Shown: piece after piece, positions 11,586 through 19,052 of the stretch
How positions within the stretch are numbered: position 1 is the first letter of the stretch
Layout: each line of letters begins with the position of its first letter
Source of the DNA: Burkholderiales bacterium
GTDB lineage: Bacteria > Pseudomonadota > Gammaproteobacteria > Burkholderiales > SG8-39
Assembly (NCBI GenBank): GCA_035540415.1
Contig: DATLGR010000016.1
Coordinates: forward strand, 1-44,518
DNA length: 44,518 nucleotides
Direction: 5' to 3'
Position numbers and translations under genes: made by a program
Notes under the pieces: model-generated
What the model saw: only the letters and a program-made list of their open reading frames with translations
Databases searched by the model: none
Told to the model about the DNA's origin: nothing

Positions 11586-11599
11586 GCCGACCCGCCCGT

Positions 11600-11995
11600 A
11601 TGGACCATCTGCCCCCGAAAAAGGCGTTCGAGTTTCTCCACCAGCACGCCGACGCGCTGTTCATCGACTGCCGCAGCGAGATGGAGTATCTGTTCGTCGG
11701 CCATCCGGTCGGCGCCCTGCACGTGCCGTGGAATGACGGCCCGGAGTGGAGCGTCAATCCGCACTTCGTCGCCCAGGTCCGCAAGCTCGCCGGCGCACAG
11801 CACGCCCTGCGGCCGATCGTGCTCATCTGCCGCTCGGGCAACCGCTCGCGGGAGGCCGGCGAGGAGCTGGAGCGCGCCGGATTCGCCCGCGTGTACAACG
11901 TGGAGCACGGCTTTGAGGGGGAGCTCGACGAGCACCACCACCGCAATACCCGTGCGGGATGGCGCCACGACGGCCTTCCCTGGGAGCAGTGCTAG
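11600..11995 (+). CDS. Rhodanese-domain sulfurtransferase
   Basis: 131 aa with active-site loop CRSGNRS and the typical FIDCRSEMEY ... HVPW context. Confidence 0.85.
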   Translation: MDHLPPKKAFEFLHQHADALFIDCRSEMEYLFVGHPVGALHVPWNDGPEWSVNPHFVAQVRKLAGAQHALRPIVLICRSGNRSREAGEELERAGFARVYNVEHGFEGELDEHHHRNTRAGWRHDGLPWEQC

Positions 11996-11999
11996 AGCG

Positions 12000-12437
12000 A
12001 TGCACGACGAGCCGTTTCGCTCAAAGGTGAACGTCTTCCCCTGTCAGGTGCACTGGGGAGACTGTGATCCTGCGGGCATCATCTTCTACCCGACCTACTT
12101 CCGCTGGATCGACGCGGCCAGCTGGATGCTGTTCGATTCGGCCGGCTACGGGCCGGAATGGATGCGCGCCGAGCACATGGCGATGCCGCTGGTGTCGGCC
12201 GAGTGCCAGTTCATCGCGCCGGCGAAGCACGGCGACCGCTGCGAGGTGCGCTCGCGCATCGCGCGCTTCGGGGGCAAATCCTTCGTGGTGGAGCACGACA
12301 TCGTGCGAAGCGATGGCACCCTGCTCGCCAAGGGAAAGGAGACGCGCGTCTGGGGCCGCCACGTCGGCGGTCCGGGCACGCCGATGAAGGGCGAGCCCAT
12401 CCCCGAGGCGCTCAAGCAGAAGTTTCGCGCGCCCTAG
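12000..12437 (+). CDS. 4HBT/YbgC-family hotdog acyl-CoA (aryl-CoA) thioesterase
   Basis: 145 aa from ATG 12000. N-terminal VHWGDCDPAGIIFYPTYF matches the catalytic-Asp motif of 4-hydroxybenzoyl-CoA-thioesterase-type hotdog folds. The track ORF start at 11571 is an upstream extension overlapping the rhodanese gene. Confidence 0.8.
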   Translation: MHDEPFRSKVNVFPCQVHWGDCDPAGIIFYPTYFRWIDAASWMLFDSAGYGPEWMRAEHMAMPLVSAECQFIAPAKHGDRCEVRSRIARFGGKSFVVEHDIVRSDGTLLAKGKETRVWGRHVGGPGTPMKGEPIPEALKQKFRAP

Positions 12438-13665
12438 CCCAGTCCGCGAGCATGCGTTCGGTCAGGTCCCGGGCGGAGCCGTACGAGCCCGCGGGCTCGA
12501 ACAACGACTCGAGCTCCTGCGGCGTGACGCTGCCGGCCACCTCGGCATCCGCCCGCATCACGTCGCGCAACTCGGCGCCGTCCCTGGTGGCGCGGACGCA
12601 GAGCCGGTCGGCCGTAGCACGCGAAAGGCGCAGCGCGACAGCCTCCGAATAGACGAGCCCTCGGCTGCGGGCGAGATTCGCCCGCATCGCGGCCACGTCG
12701 AGCACCAGCCCCTCGAGGACCTCGGCCATGGCGGCGAGGGCGCTCCCAGCGGCTCCGGTGAGCTCGCGCAGCGTGAACCACTGGCTTTGCCATTGGCCCA
12801 GGCCGCGCTCGTGCTCCGGGCCGAGCGCCCCGAGCAGAGTGGCGGCGAGCCCTGGGGTCCGCCCCGCCGCTTCCAGGGCGAGCAGGCAACCGGCGGGATT
12901 TCGCTTGTGCGGCATGCTGGAGGACCCGCCGCGACCAGGCGTCGACGGCTCGGCGGCCTCGCCGACTTCCGGCTGCATCAGCAGCGCCACGTCCCGGGCG
13001 ACCTTCGCGGCGCAGCCGGCCAGCACGGCGAGCTCGCTTCCAAGACGGGCAAAGGCGTCCCGCGCCCCGTGCCATGGGACTGCGTACGTTAGCCCAAGGG
13101 CGGCGGCCACCGCCGCCGAAACCTCCTGCCCGCGCCCACGGAAGGCCGACAGCGTTCCGGCCGCACCGCCGAGCTGCAGGACGCAGGCTTCGCCGGCCGC
13201 GCGGCGAAAGTGGCCGAGGCTGCGGGTAAGGGGCAAGAGCCAAAGGGCCGCCTTCCAGCCAAACGGCACCGGCAAGGCCGGCTGCAGCAGCGTGCGGGCC
13301 ACCGTCGGCGTATCGAGGTGGCGCCTCGCGAGCTCGGCCGCGGCATCGCCGACCCGCACCGCCAAGGCGTCCACCCGCTTCGCCGCTTCCTTCAGGCATA
13401 GCGCGGTCGCGGTGTCGATGGCGTCCTGACTGGTAGCGCCGAAGTGTACGAACCGCGCGGCCTGCGGGCAGCGCTGCTCGACCGCGGCAGTGAGCGCTCG
13501 CACGAACGGGATGGCCAGCGTCCCGGCGGTGCGTGCCTCGCGCGCAAGCGCGGCCGCATCGAAGGCCGGCTGCGCGCACACGGCGGCGATCGCCTGTGCG
13601 TGCGTTGGCGCGAAGAAGCCGGCGCTGGCGCCGGCGTGCGCCAGCGCCGCCTCGAAGCGCGCCAT
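12412..13665 (-). CDS. pcaB: 3-carboxy-cis,cis-muconate cycloisomerase (fumarate-lyase superfamily); N-terminus uncertain
   Basis: GATSQDAIDT and the signature GGSSSMPHKRNP. The first canonical start (ATG 13665) appears to remove about 24 N-terminal residues that are encoded in frame upstream (see finding). Confidence 0.85.
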   Translation of the reverse strand: MARFEAALAHAGASAGFFAPTHAQAIAAVCAQPAFDAAALAREARTAGTLAIPFVRALTAAVEQRCPQAARFVHFGATSQDAIDTATALCLKEAAKRVDALAVRVGDAAAELARRHLDTPTVARTLLQPALPVPFGWKAALWLLPLTRSLGHFRRAAGEACVLQLGGAAGTLSAFRGRGQEVSAAVAAALGLTYAVPWHGARDAFARLGSELAVLAGCAAKVARDVALLMQPEVGEAAEPSTPGRGGSSSMPHKRNPAGCLLALEAAGRTPGLAATLLGALGPEHERGLGQWQSQWFTLRELTGAAGSALAAMAEVLEGLVLDVAAMRANLARSRGLVYSEAVALRLSRATADRLCVRATRDGAELRDVMRADAEVAGSVTPQELESLFEPAGSYGSARDLTERMLADWARARETSA

Positions 13666-13755
13666 AGCCCCCAGGTAGCGCTCGTCAGAGAGCGCCCGGG
13701 CGCAGGGTTCGTCCCAGAACGTGAGCGCGAGGCTCAGAAATCGCTCAAACGCCGC

Positions 13756-14319
13756 TCAGAAATCAAAGAACACCGTCTCGTGCTTGCCTTGCAGCACCAC
13801 GTTCCACTCCAACCGAGCGTCGCCCTGCTTGCGCGCGACCAAGGTGCCGCGCCGCGCCGCCGGCACCAGGCCGAGGACCGGATCGTCGGCGTTGCGGGGG
13901 TCGTCGGGGAAATACAGCCGAGTCACCAACTGCTTGAGAAGCCCCCGCATGAAGATCGTGACCACCAGGTGCGGCGCCTGCTCCCGTCCGCCCGGCCCGG
14001 GTACCGGACCCGGCTTGATGGTGCGAAACCGGAACGCGCCGGCGTCATCGGTCAGCGAGCGTCCGTAGCCGCGAAATGCCCGGTCGAGGCTCGTCGCCCG
14101 CGGATCCTCGGGGCTCGCGTACCTGCCCTCGCTGTCGGCCTGCCAGATCTCCACCGCCGCGTCGTTGACCGGCCTGCCGTCGGCATCCACGATGGTCCCT
14201 TCGATCGCGACGCGCTCGCCCGCAACGCCCGGCGCGGCGAGATCCTCGATTTGCATCCACTCCAGGCCGATGCGCAGGTACGGGCCGATGGTCTGGGAGG
14301 TCGTGGCGCGCAGGCTCAT
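13756..14319 (-). CDS. pcaG: Protocatechuate 3,4-dioxygenase alpha subunit
   Basis: 187 aa from ATG 14319 (MSLRATTSQTIGPYLRIGL ... VEIWQADSEGRY ... FRFRTIKPG). ATGA overlap with the pcaH stop. The track ORF extension to 14592 overlaps pcaH. Confidence 0.9.
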   Translation of the reverse strand: MSLRATTSQTIGPYLRIGLEWMQIEDLAAPGVAGERVAIEGTIVDADGRPVNDAAVEIWQADSEGRYASPEDPRATSLDRAFRGYGRSLTDDAGAFRFRTIKPGPVPGPGGREQAPHLVVTIFMRGLLKQLVTRLYFPDDPRNADDPVLGLVPAARRGTLVARKQGDARLEWNVVLQGKHETVFFDF

Positions 14320-15026
14320 CGGCGGTTCTCCATGGGCGTGGCCTCGCGCCCGCGCAGGACGATGTCCCAGCGATAGCCCAGGGCGTACTCGGGCATCGTC
14401 GTCTCCCAGTCGAAAGTGGACACGAGGCGCGCCCGCGCCTTCTCGTCCGCTACGCAGGTGAACATCGGGTCGTAGTCGAGCAGCGGGTCGCCGGGAAAGT
14501 ACATCTGCGTGATCAGCCGTTGCATGAGTCCCCGGCCAAAGAGCGAGAAATGGATGTGCGCCGGGCGCCACGCGTTGTGGTGGTTGCGCCAAGGATATTC
14601 GCCCGGCCGGATCGTCAGGAACCGGTAGTGGCCTTGCGCGTCGGTGAGCACCCGGCCCGCGCCCGAGAAATTCGGGTCGATCGGCGCATCGTGCTGGTCG
14701 ACGCGATGGTGATAACGACCGGCCGCGTTGGCCTGCCAGATCTCGATCAGGATGTTCGGGACTGGCCGTCCGTCCTCGTCCAGCACGCGCCCGCTCACCA
14801 CAATGCGCTCCCCGAGCGGCTCGCCCGGGTGCTGCTTGGTGAGATCGCCGTCGGTGGGCTTGATGTCGTCGTGGCCGAACACCGGTGCGGTCACCTCCGA
14901 AAGCGTGTGGGGCAGCACCACGAGGGGCTGCGCAGGCGCCCGCTTCACGGTCGAGGCGTATTTCGGGAACAGGTACTCCGGTTGGGTATTCCAGTAGGGG
15001 CGCCGGTAAGGGGCGGGGTCTTTCAT
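14316..15026 (-). CDS. pcaH: Protocatechuate 3,4-dioxygenase beta subunit
   Basis: 236 aa with the intradiol dioxygenase core IEIWQANAAGRYHH ... YRFLTIRPGEYPW ... RPAHIHFS (Tyr/His iron-ligand context). Confidence 0.93.
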   Translation of the reverse strand: MKDPAPYRRPYWNTQPEYLFPKYASTVKRAPAQPLVVLPHTLSEVTAPVFGHDDIKPTDGDLTKQHPGEPLGERIVVSGRVLDEDGRPVPNILIEIWQANAAGRYHHRVDQHDAPIDPNFSGAGRVLTDAQGHYRFLTIRPGEYPWRNHHNAWRPAHIHFSLFGRGLMQRLITQMYFPGDPLLDYDPMFTCVADEKARARLVSTFDWETTMPEYALGYRWDIVLRGREATPMENRR

Positions 15027-15030
15027 GAAA

Positions 15031-15666
15031 TCACTCCGCGTCGGGCTGCTTGGAGGGCTGCGCGCGATCGAAGGCCTCGAGCTGCATGCAGGCGTCGAAC
15101 ACGCGCATCACGGTGGGATAAGGCGCGAGCTCGCACCCGTAGCGCTTGGCGTTGAACACCTGGGGGACGAGACAGCAGTCGGCCATGGTGGGGACGTCGC
15201 CGCAGGCGTAACGGCCGGAGCCGCCGCGCGCAAGCTCCGCCTCGAGCTTCGCCAGTCCGTCGGCGATCCAATGGCGGTACCACGCGTTGACCTGCTCCTC
15301 GGTCTGGTTGAGCTGGCGCTTGAGGTGCTGCAGCACGCGCAGGTTGTTGAGTGGGTGGATTTCGCAGGCCACGAGCAGCGAGAGGCTGCGCACGCGCGCG
15401 CGGCCGAGCGCATCGCGCGGCAGCAGCGCCGGCTGCGGATGCGCCTCCTCGAGATACTCGAGGATGGCGAGCGATTGGGTCAGCGCGGCGCCGTCGACGA
15501 GCAGCGTGGGCAGCAGACCCTGCGGATCAACCGCGGTGTACTCGGAGCGGCGATGCTCGCCCTTTGCGAGGTGCACGAACACCGGGTCGTACGCCAGGCC
15601 CTTCAGGCCCAGCGCGATGCGCACGCGGAACGCCGCCGAGCTGCGGAAGTAGGTGTAGAGCTTCAC
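15031..15666 (-). CDS. maiA: GST-zeta-class maleylacetoacetate/maleylpyruvate isomerase
   Basis: 211 aa from GTG 15666 (KLYTYFRSSAAFRVRIALGLKGL ... VDPQGLLPTL ... QSLAILEYLEE). GTGA overlap with the FAH stop. Confidence 0.85.
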   Translation of the reverse strand: MKLYTYFRSSAAFRVRIALGLKGLAYDPVFVHLAKGEHRRSEYTAVDPQGLLPTLLVDGAALTQSLAILEYLEEAHPQPALLPRDALGRARVRSLSLLVACEIHPLNNLRVLQHLKRQLNQTEEQVNAWYRHWIADGLAKLEAELARGGSGRYACGDVPTMADCCLVPQVFNAKRYGCELAPYPTVMRVFDACMQLEAFDRAQPSKQPDAE

Positions 15667-16355
15667 AGCGCGGGGGCGATCCTCACCTTGAGCTCGCCCA
15701 CGGCGTCGATGCCGGCGAGCAGCTCGTCGCCCGGCTTCACCGGCCCGACCCCGGCGGGCGTGCCGGTGAAGATGACGTCGCCGGGCTCGAGCGTGTAGTA
15801 CTCGGAGAGATACGCGATCTGCTCGGGCACCGACCAGATCATGTCCGCCAGGTCGGCTTTCTGCCGCTGCTTGCCGTTGACGTTGAGCCAGATCGCGCCT
15901 TTGGACGGGTGGCCGATCTTCGCCGCCGGGGCGAGCTCGCTGCACGGCGCCGACTCATCGAAGTTCTTGCCGAAGTCCCAAGGCCTTCCGTGGTCCTTGC
16001 CCCATTGCTGCAGGTCGCGCCGCGTCATGTCCAGGCCGACGGCATAGCCGTACACGTGCTCGTTCGCACGCCGCGCATCGATGCGCCTGCCGCCGCGCGA
16101 GAGCGCCACGACCAGCTCGGTCTCATAGTGGTAGTTCGACGTCTTGGCCGGATAGTGCACCTCGCCGCCGCGCGGCATGAGCGCGAACTCGGACTTCAGG
16201 AAAAAGAACGGCTGCTCGCGGCCGTCGCCGCCCATCTCTTTCTGGTGCTCGGCATAGTTGCGGCCGACGCAGAAGATGCGCCGCACCGGAAAGGAATCGG
16301 CCGAGCCGGCCACCGGAATCGCCGGCGCCGACCACATCGCGATCACGTAGCTCAT
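15663..16355 (-). CDS. Short FAH-family hydrolase (fumarylpyruvate-hydrolase-like)
   Basis: 230 aa with FCVGRNYAEH ... YETELVVAL ... DVIFTGTPAGVGPV. The size and its pairing with a GST-zeta isomerase resemble the lower gentisate pathway (NagK/NagL type). Confidence 0.85.
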   Translation of the reverse strand: MSYVIAMWSAPAIPVAGSADSFPVRRIFCVGRNYAEHQKEMGGDGREQPFFFLKSEFALMPRGGEVHYPAKTSNYHYETELVVALSRGGRRIDARRANEHVYGYAVGLDMTRRDLQQWGKDHGRPWDFGKNFDESAPCSELAPAAKIGHPSKGAIWLNVNGKQRQKADLADMIWSVPEQIAYLSEYYTLEPGDVIFTGTPAGVGPVKPGDELLAGIDAVGELKVRIAPAL

Positions 16356-16380
16356 GAGACCCTCGAACGAAAATGGAATT

Positions 16381-17868
16381 CTAGTCCTTGCGTGCGAGCT
16401 CCCGCTCCAGGATTTCGCGCAGCTTGAAGCGCTGCACCTTGCCGGTGGCGGTGCGCGGCAGCTCGTCGATCGCGCGCACCCACTTGGGCCGCTTGTGGCG
16501 CGGCAGCAGGCGCTGGCAGGCTTCCGCGGCGTCGTGCTCGGCCTGCAGCGGGTCGCTGCGCGGCGTGATGAAGAGGGCGAGGCGCTCCAGGCCGTCCCCG
16601 TCGGGCACCGGCACGCACGCGGCCTCGATGACGGCGGCCTGCTGCGCCGCGACTTCCTCGAGCTCCGCGGGCTGCACCCACTGCCCCGCCACCTTGATCA
16701 GCTCGTCCGCGCGTCCCTGGTGGACATAGTAGCCCTCGGCGTCGCGCAGGAAGAGATCCCGGCTGCAGAACCACCCGTCGCGAAACTGCTCGCGAGTGCG
16801 CTCGGGCAGGTTTGCGTACGCCGTCGCCTGCGCCGGATGGCGCAGCCACAGGACGCCCGGCTCGCCGGGCGCCGGCCGTGCGCCCTGCGCGTCGCGCAGC
16901 TCGACCTGCACGCCATCGAACGGCAGGCCGGTACGCGCGCCGTTGGCGGTCCCCGGCGGCGTCATCATGCAGGCGCAGAACGTCTCGGACATTCCGTAGA
17001 GGTTGAGCAGCTCGCCTCCCGTTGCCTCGCGCCACTGCTCCACGAGTTGGCGCGACGTGCGCTCCCCGCCCGCGACGAAGTGGCCTACCGCTGCAAGGAC
17101 GCCGAGCCGTGCGGGCGGCTGGGCGAGCAGCCGCCGGTAGACCGTCGGCACGCTGAACATCGCCTGCGGACGATGGCGCGACACGAGGTCCAGGACTGCG
17201 TCCGCATCGGGCCAGTCGGGGTGGACGATGGCGGTCGCGCCCAGGGCGAGCGTGGCGAGGAACCCATGTTCCAGCCCGTACGCGAAGAAGTACTTGGAGG
17301 TGCACAGCACCCGGTCGCCCTCCCCGAGGCCGAGGCGACGAAACGCGAGCCCGAGCGAGGCGAAGCCGCGATGCACATGCACGATGCCCTTGGGGCGTCC
17401 GGTGGTGCCGGACGAGTACAGCATGAAGGCCGGAGCCTCCGGCGCCATCGCGACGGGCGCCGCCGGCGGCGTGCTCTCGGCGCGGGTGCGAAGCGCCGAG
17501 CCGGCAAGCGTGGTCAGGGTGCCGCAGGGCCGCGTGGCGAATGCGTCGTCGACGATGACCAGGCGCGGCGCGCTGTCGGCGAGCACGTGCTCGAGCTCGG
17601 CCGCGGTCAGCCGGTTGTTGAGCGCGACCGCAACGGCCCCGGCGTGCACCGCGCCCAGCCAGGCCGCGGCGAATTCGGGCGTGTCGCGCATGAGCAGGAC
17701 GACGCGATCGCCGGGCCTCACGCCGAGCGCCTGCAGGGCCGCGGCGGCGCGCGCGGTGCGCTCGGCGAGCTCGGCGAAGCTCACCTGCTCCTGCCCGCAG
17801 ATCAGGGCGACGCGCTTGCCATGGCGTGCGACCGCATCGGGTCCGAGCAGCCGGTCCGCGGCGTTCAT
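16381..17868 (-). CDS. Benzoate/4-hydroxybenzoate-CoA-ligase-family aryl-CoA ligase (AMP-forming)
   Basis: 495 aa with AMP-binding motif YSSGTTGRPKGIVH, then YGMSET, GRADELIKVAGQWV and LPRTATGKVQRFKLRE. Confidence 0.88.
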   Translation of the reverse strand: MNAADRLLGPDAVARHGKRVALICGQEQVSFAELAERTARAAAALQALGVRPGDRVVLLMRDTPEFAAAWLGAVHAGAVAVALNNRLTAAELEHVLADSAPRLVIVDDAFATRPCGTLTTLAGSALRTRAESTPPAAPVAMAPEAPAFMLYSSGTTGRPKGIVHVHRGFASLGLAFRRLGLGEGDRVLCTSKYFFAYGLEHGFLATLALGATAIVHPDWPDADAVLDLVSRHRPQAMFSVPTVYRRLLAQPPARLGVLAAVGHFVAGGERTSRQLVEQWREATGGELLNLYGMSETFCACMMTPPGTANGARTGLPFDGVQVELRDAQGARPAPGEPGVLWLRHPAQATAYANLPERTREQFRDGWFCSRDLFLRDAEGYYVHQGRADELIKVAGQWVQPAELEEVAAQQAAVIEAACVPVPDGDGLERLALFITPRSDPLQAEHDAAEACQRLLPRHKRPKWVRAIDELPRTATGKVQRFKLREILERELARKD

Positions 17869-18339
17869 TCAGAAGATCGCGAAGCGTGCAGCGTACACCC
17901 CGAGCGGCCAGCGACCGCCGCAGTATAGGGCGTACTTGCGCAGGAAAGGATGGCTCGGCGCCATCCCGGCGGCTTGGGCGAGGCGCGCCTGGTAGGCGGC
18001 GTAGCTTGCCGCGCCCGCCGCCGCGCGCACAAGCGCCGCATCTGCGCAGCCGGCGCGGGCCGCCGCCACGGCGGCCGCGCCGTGCAGCGCCTCATTCAGC
18101 CGCAACCACTCGCGATCCGCCGGATCGAGCCGGACGCGCTGCTCGAGCCGTTCGCGCTCCGCCTCCTCCGCGTGCCACCACGCCTGCGCAGGCTGCCGGC
18201 ATGCGGCGCCCGCCTCGTCCCACGAGGCGATCGGCTGCACTGCCGCCGGCAGCGCCAGCGCGCCGAGATAGCCCGCAATCTCGGCGAGCTCCGCCTCGCC
18301 GAGCGGCTCGCCCAGCGCACTGAACCAGGCTTCGGTCAC
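17869..18339 (-). CDS. Hypothetical 156-aa Ala-rich protein, no recognisable motif
   Basis: Exactly fills the gap between two solid genes. Its GTG start overlaps the upstream stop (GTGA) and its TGA abuts the ligase ATG. Strong third-position G/C bias is visible in this frame. Confidence 0.6.
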   Translation of the reverse strand: MTEAWFSALGEPLGEAELAEIAGYLGALALPAAVQPIASWDEAGAACRQPAQAWWHAEEAERERLEQRVRLDPADREWLRLNEALHGAAAVAAARAGCADAALVRAAAGAASYAAYQARLAQAAGMAPSHPFLRKYALYCGGRWPLGVYAARFAIF

Positions 18340-19040
18340 GCCGCGAGCCGCACGTCGGGCAGGCGGATGCCGAGCGGCTCGACGGTGGACCTGGCGCGCG
18401 CCATGTAGTCCGCGCGCATGTCCTCGTTGCTGCGCAGCTTGAGGCCGTAGCGGCGGAAGATCTCGTTGTTGCGCGAGCCGGCTGCGCCGAAGAACTTCGG
18501 CGCCTCGGGATAGAAGTCGTCCACCGCCCGCTGCACCCGCTCGCGGCCCTCGGCCGTCTCCACCAGGTCGACGCAGAAGTCGAGGCCGAACTGGGCGTGA
18601 AACTTCTCCTCGGGCATGGTGGTGCGCGCGATGTTGCGAAGCGGCACGAACGAGCAGTGCAGCAGGTCCTCCACCTGGAGGATTTCGGCAAGATCACCCA
18701 GCATCTTGATCACGCAGAACTGCTCCCAGCTGCGCAAGGGCACCTCGAAAATGTTGAGCGGCCGCTTGTGATGCGGATCCATCTCCTCGGGCTGCACGCC
18801 GATCTGGTCGGCCAGCTCCTTGAAGCGCACGTGATGGTGGTATTCCTCCATCGCCACCCGGCACGCGAGCCATTTCGCGTACGGCGTGGGGGCGAGCCGG
18901 ATCGCCGGCTCGTCGAAAACCTGCGCGCCGTAGAGCTCGTTGAGCGCGTGGCTGCGCACGATCTTGCGCGCCGCAACTTGGTACTCCTCAGGCTGGCGGC
19001 GGAATTCTTCGATGGTCTTGACGGGCGGATACGCGGACAT
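18336..19040 (-). CDS. Short PaaA/BoxB-like ferritin-fold di-iron protein (putative aryl-CoA oxygenase subunit)
   Basis: 234 aa. Acidic residue plus ExxH pattern occurs twice: E35 ... E65-E-Y-H68 and D116 ... E145-K-F-H148. GAGGAG Shine-Dalgarno upstream of ATG 19040. Confidence 0.7.
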   Translation of the reverse strand: MSAYPPVKTIEEFRRQPEEYQVAARKIVRSHALNELYGAQVFDEPAIRLAPTPYAKWLACRVAMEEYHHHVRFKELADQIGVQPEEMDPHHKRPLNIFEVPLRSWEQFCVIKMLGDLAEILQVEDLLHCSFVPLRNIARTTMPEEKFHAQFGLDFCVDLVETAEGRERVQRAVDDFYPEAPKFFGAAGSRNNEIFRRYGLKLRSNEDMRADYMARARSTVEPLGIRLPDVRLAA

Positions 19041-19052
19041 GGCTCCTCGAAG

